A DNA stretch of 48,623 nucleotides, filler included, from Catajapyx aquilonaris (GCA_000934665.2; 2 parts of 2 records of this genome joined end to end with filler, not necessarily neighbours in it), one strand, 5' to 3'; counted from the whole stretch's first letter, positions 32,601 to 46,800 are shown. The notes: generated by a model from the sequence alone, not told the origin. Numbers and translations are program-made.

Positions 32601-35430
32601 GCTGCAAGTGTACCAGTACATCTCCAACACCCAGTCCAATCTGGCCATTGCCACCTTCATCCAGAGCCTGGCGCCACTCAACTCAGCAGCCAATCCGCTC
32701 ATCTATTGCCTCTTCTCCACACACATCTGCAGGAACCTCAGGTAAATATGCCACGCTTGTTTTTGTACCCTTCTTGTGTCATCTGTGAGTCCAAGTGATC
32801 GCCTTCCTTTGCTCTGTCGCATTGTCACGTTACACTGTCACATATTCGTCGGGTGTGTCCAATGTCCAGCTTGATATGTTTGCAGTGAGTGGTGTCGGCA
32901 GTGTAAATAATATCTGTCGGTGACAGTACTCTTTACATTAATCAACACGTACTGTACAGTATGCAGTCACATGGTTCACATCGGTCGCGTCGGGCACACA
33001 ATAAAGCTACACTGCCACATAATCATCCTTGGCGAGCTAGTCAGATTCATTTGGTCGATGCAAAAATGAGTGCAAAATATTAAAGGAGATAGTGCGATCA
33101 TGCATATTAATTCGGGGAAGGGTATTTATTTCATTTAGTTGTCAGGATGTTTGTAATATCTACACGCACTTTGAACCATTTTAGTTACATGTGCTGGAAA
33201 AATATATAATTAGATATTAATTTAAGTTTGAAATTACAACAGTAAGGCGGATATGCAGATTACGGGCCAGAATATGCTGTGTAATTGAATAGCATTAAAA
33301 GGCTGATTTTTACTTGCCTAGGTATCTACCGATTGCGATTCCGAAAGTGTGGCTTTGGAGAGTTAAGAAGGACTTGATGGAAGGTGAGTAGTGAGAGGAG
33401 AGTTGTTTGAACCTTGAATAACCTGCAAGAGGCACTCGATCTATTCCAATAATGTGATGACGTTTATGCCCCCTAACACACTAGGAAGGCTCACTTTGAC
33501 TCACAGCTCTCAGCTCAGCTTTCACGTTTCGATGTGCCTCGTCATTTTTCGTTATAATATTCGCACTCCCACCTTTCATAATAATTCTCTTCGGTTTTAT
33601 TAACGTTCTTTTTCATTACGAACTTAGCCAAATGAATGGGAAAGAAAAGAATTTCTCCGACATTTCTTCCTCCCTCTTTCTTCTTTATCAGTTTTTTTTC
33701 TCGATTAATTTAATGCCTCTAGAGTTTGATTAAACTTTCCAACTGCCTGCAAAACTGTTCGATAACAAGCAAACGACCTTTACTTTTCTAATTCAATTGA
33801 ACTACGTCACATTATTCGCCTTACTGGTTTCCACAAGGTTAAAGACATGCTAATTAATTGATTCCTTTGACAGAAAAAAAAGCGAATCACCTTTGATAAC
33901 CAAGTCATCGAGCAACAACCTTACTAATTCACTTGTTCCGACCTTTGGGCAAGTTCACAGCCTGTAATCTTATTTCCAGCGTCTTCTCTCCAAGACCGTT
34001 TGTCCCAACTTGGACACAGTTTTTTTGTGTGTGTATGTCCCCATCTTCCATTTATTTGGCGAGGCTTAAGTGGACTGCCGGAATGGAAGAGGCGTCACCT
34101 CTAAAGTGTCGTGTGCTGTTTCATTTAAAACCAGGAGTCATGGCAGAGGGCTGGGGACCGTCCTTCACGGCTTAAATACTTATCGGGACCACCGCCACCT
34201 CTTCGCCACCATTAATCGATGGGCTTGTCCTCCTCCAAAAAACGCTAGAGAAAAGGAGAAAAGAGGTGCTTGGATTCAAAAAAATATTCTGTGAGGGATG
34301 AACCAGCATCCACACTGATATCAACATGATTTTAACCCAATTTTTGGACTCTAATTGCGCCAACTCATTAGGAGCAATTATCCAGCTCCTTCCAGCAAGT
34401 GACGCCTCTTTGTGTAAACTATCTCATTAATTAGGTGGGGATCAAACGGGTTTTAATTGTCTGTTTGTGCTCTTCCGTTTGTTTGTGACGCACGGTTGAT
34501 GCTACCTGTCGACCTTCAAAATTTAAATATTGAAGATCAAATGGCAGTGCTTGGATTCGGTGTGATTACTATTTTGGGTTATATCCGTCTAATATTCTGC
34601 ACTCTAGGGAGAATGACTAATTCGAGCTTCCTTTGCATTTATAACGGCGGTATGCATACTCAAGTTATTAATGTAGATCCGACGGGAGGATGATTTTGGG
34701 CTGCAAAAAGTTGATGAAAAGTACTCGTGGGTTATGGATGAGGGAGGGACTTCGATCAATTTTATATCCAGCAGGACTGTACATCTTCGCTGTCATATTT
34801 TGACTGTTAATTACTCCATGGGTGTTAATTTCTGACAAGTTTTTTTTTTGAGGGTGTTTGGTTCAGCATTTTCCTTCCCTTCCCGTCTTGTTGTGTCGTT
34901 TGTACGGCAGGCGCATCCCCATTTGCAACTGGGCAGCCACGAAACTGTGCTGCTGCTGGTCAAGCATGCGAAGACCTCTTCCTGAAGGAGGAGGATTCAT
35001 GCGAGGACGGACCGAGTACTCCTCCATGTCGGACGCCTTCTCCAGATCCACCAGATCCTCCAGGTCCTCCAAGAGGGTCCACTACGCAGCATCCGTCATG
35101 CGGCCAGTCAACGGAGCTGCTACCTCATGCACCAGGTACAATAAGCCACTAACAGGTGGAGCAGAGGTTCCCTCTCTGCATACTACTGCCCTTCTCGGTG
35201 GGAAAGAAGTACTACATGCACGTTGGTGATGAGAAAATATTTTGTACCAAACATATGTAATTTACAGCTTGGTCAGTGCACCTGCGGGCATGCCCCTAGC
35301 CGTACAAGGCAGCAAGGGAGGGTCATCTGGAAGCGGACGCTTCTCCAGCGACCTCAGAAACCATTACTACAACGGTGACAGCATTAGCCACAGCAAGTCC
35401 TCTTCAGCGGTGGAGGTGTCCATTGTTTGA
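29619..35430 (+). CDS. CCAP-R: Crustacean cardioactive peptide receptor (class A GPCR, NPS/vasopressin-receptor-related), 5'-partial; exons 29619-29754, 30159-30262, 30677-30770, 31378-31473, 32126-32317, 32379-32498, 32561-32741, 34911-35135, 35268-35430
   Basis: All introns GT-AG and phase-consistent (1311 nt, 436 aa + stop). Motifs characteristic of CCAP receptors: [119 protein letters not shown]. The last two exons are less certain; N-terminal exon not located. Confidence 0.92.
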
Positions 35431-38400
35431 AGATAAAACTACAAATTTCACACCCTACGTTTTTTTTAAATGTCGTGAATAGAGTGAAGGACCGAATATG
35501 GACGAGAAGGATGTATACGCTACCCGGCGGTTTTATTTTTCTGGACGTTGGATGGAATGGATGTGCCATATTTTTGCTCACTGTTGTCAAGATCACTTTA
35601 ATGTACTGTACAATTTTACTCTCTACAGTATAAGAGCTGCTTAGAGATTATGGCGCTGCGTGATTGGTGTCTGGAGGCTTATATTTCATGCTGGTGAAAA
35701 CAACCAAGCCATTCAGAAGGGAATTGGCGAAAGTCTTCCACAGCACAGTTAATTCAGATTTCTAAGCGGCGGAATCAGCTGCTTCCAGCATCCTTTCAAG
35801 GGGGAACTGCCATCGAAATCGAAAGCCACTAGCTTATTTTTAATCGCCCAAATACCCGGGAAGTAGTCTTACGGATATGCACTAAGACAATGCATGAATT
35901 TCCAAATAATGGCAGAACGAGTCTTTGTCACGCGTTAAATCTCGAGTGCAAATCCGTGAAGACGTGTTTCCATGGGTCACACTAACCTCAAAGAGTCGGA
36001 TTGAGACCCGCAGTTCCCCATGCAAGTCAGTTCAAGCTTTATTTCAGGGAGACATTGCCAACTGCAATGGACATGTGTGTGTAACAGGAACTTTCCATTT
36101 TCTAGTCATGTGAGGGTAAACATGTTCAGTTCTTTTTTATTCTATACTATTATTTATGCTTGACCGCAGGCACCATTCACGACGCTCTCTGATATGATTG
36201 TACTGTATCAGAACCTCTCAATGTAATTCTTGCCAGGAAAGTACATTCTTGTTTCTATTTATTCCTCTGGTCTGAGTTGCTTCCAGGCATTGAATTTTCA
36301 GATCAACACTGCCTCACAATGGACAACAGGATTGTGTCTTGAAATTCTGCAAGTCTTTCTACTGAGTTCCATTGTTATCAATACAGTCCTCTTTAAATAA
36401 GAAAAGTTAGTTTATTATAGGAAGTTAATTCATGCCTCGATATGCATGAGCTAGAAAATTGCGATGAAGTTTCTGAAACGAGTTTCGAAATTGGGTGTCC
36501 ACTACCAGTCCAATTCAACCTCTCTGGAAGTGTCAGGTTGTTCGTGTTGTCTGAGTCCAATCAGTACAGTGGCCGTGTGGCAATTGGCGCGTGGACCGCA
36601 ACAGAGGCTGCTGGGTCCTCTGGAGAGATGCCAGTGGATCATTCACACCCCATTAGTGCAACAAGGGACCGACCACCGGGGTATGTAGCTCACTTAATGA
36701 CTGCTTGCGGCCCTTTTTGATCTGCGGCCAATTTACATGCTAAGGCTCCGTGGAATAGATCCTCAAATTCTCCATTAGTGACGGGAACTAAAGAGTAAGA
36801 GTCCCAGTTCAGAAATACTATGGCGGGCCAATTCGTAAGCAACAAAACACATTTTATAGGAACCACATCTGCAATCAAACCTTGTGAAAAATAATGGAGG
36901 TACAATGATTATTTCACAGTTTCATTTTCGATGCATATTCGTCTGGGAGGTTATCTATTTTGATTCTGTTCTACTGCTGGGATATCCAGTGTGTCCCTGA
37001 CAGCATGCAGCTGAGACCTTCAGTAATTCGCCACTTTTATTTGATTATGGCGTCAGGGCAACTTTGCGGGAAGGTGTTTCCGCAGACGGGAACAAAATTG
37101 CCAGTAGCGAGGACACAAAACTGGTCCCAAGACGCCTGGCCAACTATAAAAAGTAGCTTGAAGTATGTCGATGCTGGTAGAAACTCTGTTGCAAAAGTTT
37201 TAGGCTCCCTGCAATTTCCATTGAAGGGTGGTAAAAAATCGAGCATAAAAGAAGTACCAGTCCACTGATGCAGAAGTAACAACTATAGCGAAATAAATGG
37301 CATGCAGGCTCACGTGTAATTCATTTGCAGAATAATTGGCGCGTGACACTTGTGCCCGACGCTACAGTGAAGTGTTTTGTGGACAGCTAATTGATGTAAT
37401 TCTGTTATCTTTGGTTGACATTTGAACAATACTCTTTATAATATGCTGACAGCGCTAATACAATACCAGCATGGATGAGAAACGACACTGCCTGATAGGC
37501 CTGCACTGCGGCAAAATTACCCACGCTATCAATACTTTCGGTTACACTAGAGATCCAGACGCGCTCGACACGCGATCACAATGTATACCTAAACAGCGTT
37601 TGGCCCTGCACTGTAAAAAAATTACAGCAAAAAGCGTAACGTCCGTAATGACATTTGAGGTGGATTTGCCAAGTGCATGAAAGTACTACACGTGACCGTG
37701 ACCACGTCTCGAACGCGTTTGGCTGCATTCAAATATCGGCGCCCTCTCTCATTGCCAAAATTCCCGCCAGATGCCTCTGCGTTCATCCTACCTGCTGCCA
37801 TCTACCGCTCATAATTCAAAACTCCACCGAATTCAACTTTGGTCATTAACCAGGGCTATTAACAATCCGCGAACAAATTAAGAGCAAGCATCCAATTTCT
37901 AAAAAAACTAAAATGCTTTCCAGATGGTGCCGTACATCAAGTTCGCGATTAGCTTTGAAAATGTCGATAAATGAGGTTTGGGTCGATTCGGCAACCCTGT
38001 TTGGAATCCAGTCTTTTAAAGATGGCGGCTTCCCATTGATGTTCTTTCTCTCTCTCCTCTTCTCTTCCTCCCCGTCCACCCACCCTCCCCGTTCTATTGA
38101 CCCGTCCTCCGCCCCGGGGCAGGCACCACGGGCCAGCGCACTGCAGGCATCGGAAGGAATAGGGGAGCCCAGGGTGCAGGGAAGGTTGGCCAATTTGCGG
38201 GAGGGGGTGGGTTGTTCGGTGGGGGAAAAAGGCGAGGAGGTGGGTGCGGGGCAGCAGAAGAAGGGAGGAATCCTGGGGAGTGACGGTGGGGGGGAAAAAG
38301 AGTGGAAGAGGCTGTGTTTGGAAGGGTGCCGTTGCGCAACCACCGATTGTTGGTGGCTGACAGAAGTGGAAGGACGTATCTAGAGGATCAGGCACAGCTG

Positions 38401-38628
38401 ACAACTGCAGGTAAATAATGGTGGGCTGGTTTGAAGGAGAAGCAGTCATGCCCAATACACTCATGAAGTCCTTCGTACACTGCGACTGAAGTCCGGACAC
38501 AGTCCGTGAGGTTCAAGTTGTTGGAAAGTCTGACACTACAGAATCAAGTGACTTACGCCTTGGTCATGCCCACACAATTGTGCGCATGTGGTGAATTTAA
38601 TTTGATGCATAATAATTTTTTTGCAGAT

Positions 38629-41600
38629 ATGGACGGTGTCGGTAGGAACATGGAGCTTATGCAGGGGTCTGAATCGACAAGTAACAAGATGGCAGCCTTG
38701 CTTTCCTTATGTAATAATCCGACACCAGCTCCCAAGAAGGTGTCGTGTCCTGTATGTACCCTGTACCTGAGGGAAGGGATGACGCTTCAGGACCACTTGC
38801 TGACGCATCCTAAGGAGCAGATAATATCGGCGCTGGTTAATGCAACCACTTTACCTTCACCTGCAGTCCAGGAACCTCCGCGCCCTCCAACACCACCGAC
38901 CTCTTCTCCTCCCTTGCCCATGGTCACCTCTCTACCGCTTCCCACATCACCCTCAACACCATTTCCATCTCAAGGGATGTGTCAACCTTATCCTGTTGGC
39001 TTACCATACGCTGCCATGTACCTATGTGCAGGTAGGGGACTTCCACCTGGCGTTCCAATGTTGCCGATGCCCTCAAGAGGTGCCACGGTAACCCCAATCA
39101 CTGCCAATGTTGAGGAAGTAATGGACGAAAGCTTGCCTGAAGCTGAAAATGCTGAAAGTGAGACTGAGAACGTTGAAAATGTTGGTAATGAAGCCGAAAG
39201 TTTAGGGAGTCCTGTGCCGTCACCTGTCAGAAAGGAAGAAGTGCAGATAGATGAGGAGGTGCCACCTGGTGGAGACTGCCTGGTTGAAATCAATGGGACT
39301 CATTTCCTAGTCCCCATGGACCTGCTGGCTGGGAAGGCATGTGTTAATGATAGTGTGAATGAAGCACAAAAAACTCTGGAGCAAGGGCAGGACCTACCGC
39401 AAGAAACAGAGCATTACGTGGTACCAGAAGACATCAACACATACGAGTACAACAATGAGAGTGACGTGAACGAGGATGTGAGAAGAGATTCGGAGGATGC
39501 GTGGGCTCCTCTGGCAGTTAGTAATTTTTTTCACCTTAAGTTGACTTGACAGCTCATGTTTTCTGCATGTACAGAAAGACTGCCCAAGTTTATATCTCCT
39601 GGAGATGTTAACTTACGCAGCATTGCATTTTGCATATTACTGAAGTGCATTTCTTTTTAAGTTTTAAAATTGTCATGTTATTTTTTCAAATTTCTCCCAC
39701 TGATGTTAACTAATCCTTGTTTCGATTTTCAGAATGTGGACATTTATGGGTCTGGCTGCTGGACATCTCCATCTCCAACCAGCATTGCCAACATGTCACC
39801 CCCAAGGCCACCGTCAGAGGCGCCTTCATCCCCTAACTCTTCCATCCTGGAGATGGAAGTCAGACAACACGCTAGTGATCCTCTCACAAGTGAACACTCT
39901 TATGATCTGCCTCGTCCTGTTGCTCCCAGAGTACCAGATGAGAGCAACATACCAGCAGCAGTCACCCGCAGGCGTAAGCGTAAGACAGCAGCAACTACTC
40001 GCAGGAGGTCACTTCGTCGCAAGGCAGAAATGTCACCTGCTGAGAAAGAGGAAGCAGTAGTGGATGAAGTGGCAATGGTTCTGCCTGCACCATCATTGTC
40101 ACAATTAGTGGCCCAGCCTGAAGAGATGTCAATGGCTGAGATTAAAAATGTGTCGTTGCTTTCATCAGACATTTCCAGCATCGAGCGGGCAGTGACGCCG
40201 CCATCTGTGGAGGTTTCCAGCAAATGTGTTGGGAGGCAGCAGAAGCCCTACGAGTGTTTGGAATGTGGAGCTTGCTTCAGGAGAAAGGCGGGGCTCAAGT
40301 GAGTATGCACTGAGGTCGAAATGGTTCTACCATAACGATGTGTAGATTTGGTACCACAATGGCTGTCACGCTTTGGTAGAATAACACCTGTATATGACAT
40401 ACATAAAATCTAATGGCCTATCTGTGGGGTATTGTGATATGAGTCCCATCTTGCATATTACCACTCTTCTAACAAGTAATCTTTGGCAGGCTTCACAGCA
40501 TGCGGCACAGTGGGGAGCGCCCTCACCGGTGTTCCTTCTGCCAGAAGGGCTTCCTTACTCGGCAGAAGCTCCAGGAGCATGTGAATGGCCACACAGGCGA
40601 AGCACCTCTCCGATGTCCTGTCTGCCCTAAGACATTCCGCCGCTACAGTAACCTCATCCAGCATCGCTCCACCCACTCTATGCCTGCCGCAAAAATCACT
40701 CCGACACCACCTGGTAGTGGGGGTGGAGGAGGAAGAGGGCCTGTTGCATCCTCATCCTCCACAACAAGAAGGCAGAGAGACTTTTTGTGTGACGTGTGCC
40801 ATGAAGTGTTCCATTCCCTGCGGAAGCTTGCCTGGCACAAGGAAGTCCACTCCCGCAAGCCCAAAGTGTGCTCTCACTGTGGGGAGTGTTTTGTCCATGG
40901 GTCCAGTCTCACAAGGCACGTGAGAGTGGTGCATGACAGGGAGTTTCTGCCTGATGAGTCCAGGGCAAGATTCAACACTAGGTGTCCTATTTGTTCAGGG
41001 ATGTTTCTCAAGTCCTCCCTTTCTGCACATATACGGACACACACTGGTGAGTCTTCTGGCATTACTTGATTGCAAGTAGCATGCAACTGAAGGAGGAAGT
41101 TGGTGGTGCATGTGATCTTGTCGTAGGTATAGCAATAACACATCTCAAGGAGGGTTTGCTGTATATGCAACCAGGGCAGGGCCTGACAGAATCCTGCTTC
41201 AGTTCAAGAATTTCTTTGCATAACTCAGCTGTGTAGTTTCACTGTGTTTTGCAATTCCTTCTCCAGACCAAACAAATACAGTAAAACATCGATATAACGC
41301 TCTGCATATAAAACAATTAAAATCGCCACTTTCGTGGAACCTAGGATGACATTCCTTTTTTTGTTTGATAGCTTTTTTGAAGACGTTTTCAGCCGTACCG
41401 TACACTTTTAATTTTTACCGCAAGTTTAAGCTTGAGAAATGAAAAACCACTCTGTGGGGGTAGTCTTAAATTTCGGGAAAGACTACATGGGCAGGTCAGT
41501 TCAGGTTAATGTGGTTTATAGGCTTCAATCTACATAGCAACAGTGAAGGCATTCATTTCCTGAGAAAAGGGTGAATGAAATCGTATGTCCCGCTTATAAC

Positions 41601-42205
41601 GCTACTTTTGGGCGCTCCCTTGAAGAGCTTTATATCAATGTTTCACTGTATTCCCTGGTTGACCAGTTTCTGGTGAATCTAGGCTTTAATACTGACATTT
41701 CACATTATGCAGTGCTGGTTCCTCACATGTGATGTAATTCTTCCCTTTAGGTGAACGACCCCACCGCTGTGAAGTGTGCGGAAAGGCTTTTGGCACCAAA
41801 TCCAATCTGAGTGCCCATCGCTGGCTGCATGCATCCCGCAGTGCAAAGCCTTTCAAGTGCACGCTCTGCACACGGGCATATGTTCGGGAGAGTGACCTAC
41901 AGGCTCACTTGCGTTCACATCGCAACCTACGTCCATTCACCTGCAATGAGTGTGGGATGCAATTTGTCCGCAAGCATAACTTCAAGCGGCATGTATCTGA
42001 GCATTCTGGAGTGAAGCGTCACCCCTGCCCAGTGTGTGAAAAGACCTTCTTCCGCTCCTACTACCTCAAGGAGCACTTACGCACTCATTCAGGGCTCAGG
42101 CCCTTTGTCTGCCATGTGTGTGGCAAGACCTCGGCTACAAAATCAAATCACAACTCACATCTGAAGATACACCATGCCAGGGAACCTGTTAACCTCGAAG
42201 GTTAG
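38629..42205 (+). CDS. C2H2 zinc-finger protein (~821 aa; 1 isolated N-terminal finger + 11 C-terminal fingers); exons 38629-39516, 39733-40298, 40490-41046, 41751-42205
   Basis: Phase-consistent GT-AG joins (2466 nt) rebuild fingers across introns (CLECGACFRRKAGLK|LHSMRH; HTG|ERPHRCEVC) with TGERP/SGLRP linkers; Pro- and Glu-rich spacer. Acceptor at 38626 and donor at 38411 suggest an upstream, probably non-coding, exon. Confidence 0.9.
41279..41648. mobile_element. 370-bp Tc1/pogo-type MITE in last zinc-finger intron
   Basis: TIR CAGTAAAACATCGATATAACGCTCT / AGAGCTTTATATCAATGTTTCACTG; TA TSD at 41277-41278 and 41649-41650. Confidence 0.88.
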
Positions 42206-42924
42206 GAACATTGTATGGTAGGTACTTTGGAGTGATGATCATGGCAAGTGAAGAAGTGGCACATCAATTTTATAGTTTTATCAATCCAGTGAATTTTGTG
42301 GTATTGACTGTTCTGCATCACATTAGGGTGTGCGAATTGTCTTGGTGATTTCAGTTCACAATCATGCTATAAAATGTCAAGTAATATCTTGTTGCATAAA
42401 AGGCTGAGCATATTATTTGAGATATGTGAGATCCATATAAAATTAATATTGTGGTTGGCCTTACATGTATCATTTTAAAGTTACATTATAATTTGTACAT
42501 ATTTTTATTTAGTGGCCACTTGAGTGTCAAGCATTCTTAGGAATAGAATAATTGGACCTGGTTGCATGGTCATCTTGTCTCACTGTCCTTTGAATACATT
42601 GTGTACATAATTTTATTGCTTACAAGCAGTGTCTACAAGACAGAATTTTGGACAAAATTGGACAAGCTTCAACAAGACATAGAGTCATGTACAAAATTTT
42701 TATGAGAAAGGTTTAATTTCTCCACAATTTTAAGAATGTACATTTATAAATTTTTATTACTTGAGATTTTATGCTCCTGAGAGCATCATAGCAATTTCCC
42801 CTTTGTTGGGGCACTTATGAATAGTGATTTCACTACTGTACATAGCATTGTTGTAATATGGACCTTTTAATGCAAGACAGGATTTTGCCAACAGTTTTTT
42901 AAGCTGCCCAGTACATCTTAATCT

Positions 42925-43271
42925 ATTTTTATTTTATTTTTTATTTTTTTAAATTTTACTTACCTCATTGGGAGACATTGCTCCTTTAGGGGGGTGGAAC
43001 ACCACCATTTTCCATCACTATTTTCGTATGTATTTTCTTCGGACACTGTGCAAGGGAGAAAGGACATGGGGAAGGGAATCAGGATTTTTGGGGAGGAGAC
43101 ATGGGTGCAAGTGCAATGTCTGAAAAAGGGTCACGCGTAGTCTCCCTGGAGGTTAGGTTTCCAGACGCCTCCAAGGCGAAGAGACCCTCCTGACGCAGGC
43201 GAAAGGGAACTCCCAGGCGGGGATCAAACCAGGGAAGTTTCACTCAGCAAGCCGAGTCGTTACCGCCTCCC
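42925..43271 (-). mobile_element. SINE family C, copy 2
   Basis: Reverse complement shares CTCGGCTTGCTGAGTGAAA, CCTGCGTCAGGAGGGTCTCT, AACCTAACCTCC, GACATTGCACTTGCACC and AAAATGGTGGT with 12425-12755; A-rich tail; degenerate ~16-bp TSD. Confidence 0.88.
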
Positions 43272-43542
43272 TGCATTTTAGTATATTACAATCGCATTTG
43301 TCAACATTAGTTGGGAGGAGAGAAGTATTATGTAGAATAGAGGATATCTGCAAAAGACCTTTTTAGAAACTGATTTCAGCTGCTGTTTATGAATTTATGC
43401 TTAACAACACCCATATCAGTGCAGTGGACAAGAATGTAAAAGAAAGTGACCACTGTTATCTGCTACACACTGGATTGCTCATGTATACTGCTTGTCTTGG
43501 ACAGCCATGTTGGGACACCAGGATAGTACCTATTGTGCACTG

Positions 43543-43845
43543 CAATAGAACCCCATTCATCCGACGGTCCCGCTTCAGCAATAAATGTTTGTTTTCTCAT
43601 CGAATACTGTAATGCATGTCTACTAATCATTTGTTCTGTATTGCCTTATTTAAATTTTAAACAGCAGAGTGTGTACGTAAAAGATAAATGCTTCACTATT
43701 TCTTAGAAAAGCATAATATTATACATTATTTCAGGATTTTTAAATCCCTTTGTTGTGTTTTCCTTTGCTCCTCAGATTATCTGACCTTTTCTGTTATCCG
43801 ACAATGACCCAGTCCCGTGGGTGAAGGATAATTGGGGTACTACTG
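43543..43845. mobile_element. Tigger/pogo-like MITE, same family as 11895-12890
   Basis: Ends CAATAGAACCCCATTCATCC / GGATAATTGGGGTACTACTG|TA; internal homology to 12387-12880. Confidence 0.75.
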
Positions 43846-46800
43846 TACTTGATAATGTGCACAACTCCTTACTTCTGCTCTTGTTTATTTTGTGCTTACA
43901 TTGCCATATGTTCCAGGCATTTGCAAGATAATAAATGTGGTTTATGGTTTGTGCCAGTTGGTTACACAGCAGACGGGACAAATCTCCTGTCATGTAAAAA
44001 TGAACTACTTCCAGAGAACTGCACTTACAATAAATCTGGTGTCCCAAGATGGCTCTCAGAGAAAACTAAAGTATAGATTGTGACAATTGCAATCCAGTGC
44101 CTAGTACAGGTTGGTGAAAGTGACCCAGTCAATTATTGCATTGGACGAAGGTCTGTGTATAAAAAGATCACAGTAATTCTGAGGCTTTTATGTAGTCTAG
44201 TCTATCCACTGCTCAAATTTTGTTCGTACTGGAGACAGTTTAGACCACAAATATTAATTCAGACCACCTGTCACGATAATATGCAGTAGGAATACTTCGC
44301 TGGAGGAAAGGGCAACAGTGTGAAAGGGGGGAAGACCTTCCATCTCGAGACCCAAGAGGAACAATCCTCGGTATCAACTAATTTACTCTTCCACTGTGGC
44401 CACAGAATGAAAAGTTGGCAAATTCTTACCTCATAAATGCAAAATTGTTTGTAAGTAGGATTTTGGACATGTCCGTGAAGTACTGCTGTTGTGGTAATAC
44501 CAGTACGAAACATTATGTGGTGAGCATTTTAGTTCCCATGCATGTTTTTCAAATATTTTCAAATATTTTAGTTACCACGCATGTTTTAAAAATATTGCAC
44601 TTGAAAGTTATTTGAACTTTCAGTCTTGTTTGTTTGAGTGGGAAGGAGCCAGAACATCTAAGGTTACCTGGCTACTTTTTAGTCTTGCATTAAAAGTGCC
44701 TACATTATAGGGTTGGTATGTAGTGATGCAAGTATAGAGCAAATTTTAAATGAAAAACTGTGTGAATGGTGAACTGTGCATTTATTTTCTCTTGAAGTAC
44801 TTTTGAGACTTGTAAAGTATTGAAATAGGCACGTAACGGGACTTAAGCTCCAATGCAATTTTAATCGTTGGGCTTATATGTTGCAAAATGAAGGTGACAT
44901 GCACTGCAAGTTCCCCCATATCGCCAGAGCAACTGCTTCTCTAGAGAGGTGACAGGCAGCATTTCACTTTGCTCAAGTCTGATCAGTATTCGCAGCAATA
45001 CAGAGCACCCGTTTTTACAGTTCTGGTTGACAGTTATTACTCTAGGAATGGTTACCTGAGATTAATAGTTGAGGCCATGTTTGCCAATACCATAAATGAA
45101 GAACCTTTCACAAGTGTAAGTGTGAGTAAATGTAATTAAACTTGGCTGAGATATGTTGTTGTGCCAGTGTTGCTTCTGTCACTTTGGTAATATTTTAAAA
45201 TGAGGCAACATTGTTTCTGACAGTAAGTAGAGTTTTTCTCAGTTGAATTGCAGCCTCAGTAAGAAACTTATTGATCTCAGGTAATTCTGACCATTGCTAG
45301 TTCATCTCTTACTGAAAGACACCCAGTGTTTTTTTATTAGTTTAATACCAGCTTTAAATGCCAGATTACAGTTATTCTGTATCATCCAGCAACTGTGTAG
45401 TGATTCACAAGAAATATGCAGAGCTACTTGATGCTTACGATACCAGTGATCAAGTGCAGTGCGCGAGGTTTCATTTTTAGAGCACACAAATCAATGAGAG
45501 ATATAGCAACTTTTGCAGCTGTTTTGATTGACATATTTATTTCGCATATCTTTATAGTGGACTTGACATGTATTTTATTTGTGGAAACTATGTGCAGCAA
45601 AAGAAGAACATAAACTATGCAAATGTTTTGTTCTCAGCAGTTTGGGATATGTGTGTTGTATGATGTGTATGTAGTAACATTACTACCAAAAAATGTCGAG
45701 GAAAAAAAAAACTTGCTGTTTTACCCCCTTTGTGGTTCCCAAGGTGCCAAAGTGGTGATAGATTTTAATAAAAATTTTCACTTTAGTGAAGAAACAAATA
45801 AGTTGTACCAAGTGGAAAAAAAAGAAGTTGTGTTGTGGTCGATTGATTTTTTTTTGACGAATTTTTCCAACCAAATACAAGATGGTCAGATGCCAACTTT
45901 AAATTGATGTCTCACATGCAGTTTCATATACAGTGTAATAATAGCGTACCTGGTAATGCAGGTTTGTTTATGGAAGGCACTGTTGTGACCTAATGCCAAG
46001 TTATTACCGGAAGTCTAATTGATGTGCTTTGACACACGATGAAATATGCATCAGCAAATTCTCCAAAACATAACAGAATATCCCCTTAAACATTCCCTTT
46101 TTTTAACACAATGACCCCCTTTGCATGTGAAAATATCTGGCAATCTGAACAATCTTTTGAAAAGCTACAGCTTGTCGCTGCTGTTCTGCAGACCTGTCCA
46201 AAGGGTTCCACGAATGTAATTGAGGTAAGGGCTTATATGTACAGTACTAGTCCAGTCAGCCTAATACATACTGCAATAGTTTTTTTTATATATTTTATGG
46301 CGAGGGTTCCAGCCAAGTTTTGTAGAGAAAATAGCTAGGGACCCGCTGCCCCCAACTGTCAATTGTGGATAAGTACTGTACATGCTGGTTATTTTTACAG
46401 CATTGAGTCATACCTCCTCTCTCGACGTTTTTGCATAATAGAATATTAATTTTCAACATTGCACATGTTGCAATATGGCTGAATAGCACTTCAGAAAAGT
46501 GATGACTAATACGTAAGTAACCTAAGGTGCATTCTTATGCCACCAAATGTCCAGTGTGGAAGCATTTTTTGTTTCATTAACAAAAAGCATGGTAATTAAT
46601 TGTAACTGCATATTAGGAAAAAGAGGATTACCATGGAACATATTAATAAATGATGACTGCTGCAGTGTATATAATAATTTTCAGTGGTGCAATGGAAAGG
46701 TAACACGAGCTACAGCCAACGGCTCCTCTAGAATGCACTTCTGTAACCTCCCACTTTTCAATATTCCACCAATGGGGAATGGGGGTTGCCAGTTAGAAAA

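Noticed and set aside
37846..38500. Overlapping 150-180 aa ORFs on both strands
   Set aside because: Low-complexity products of a GC/purine-rich promoter or 5'-UTR region of the zinc-finger gene; no recognisable domain.
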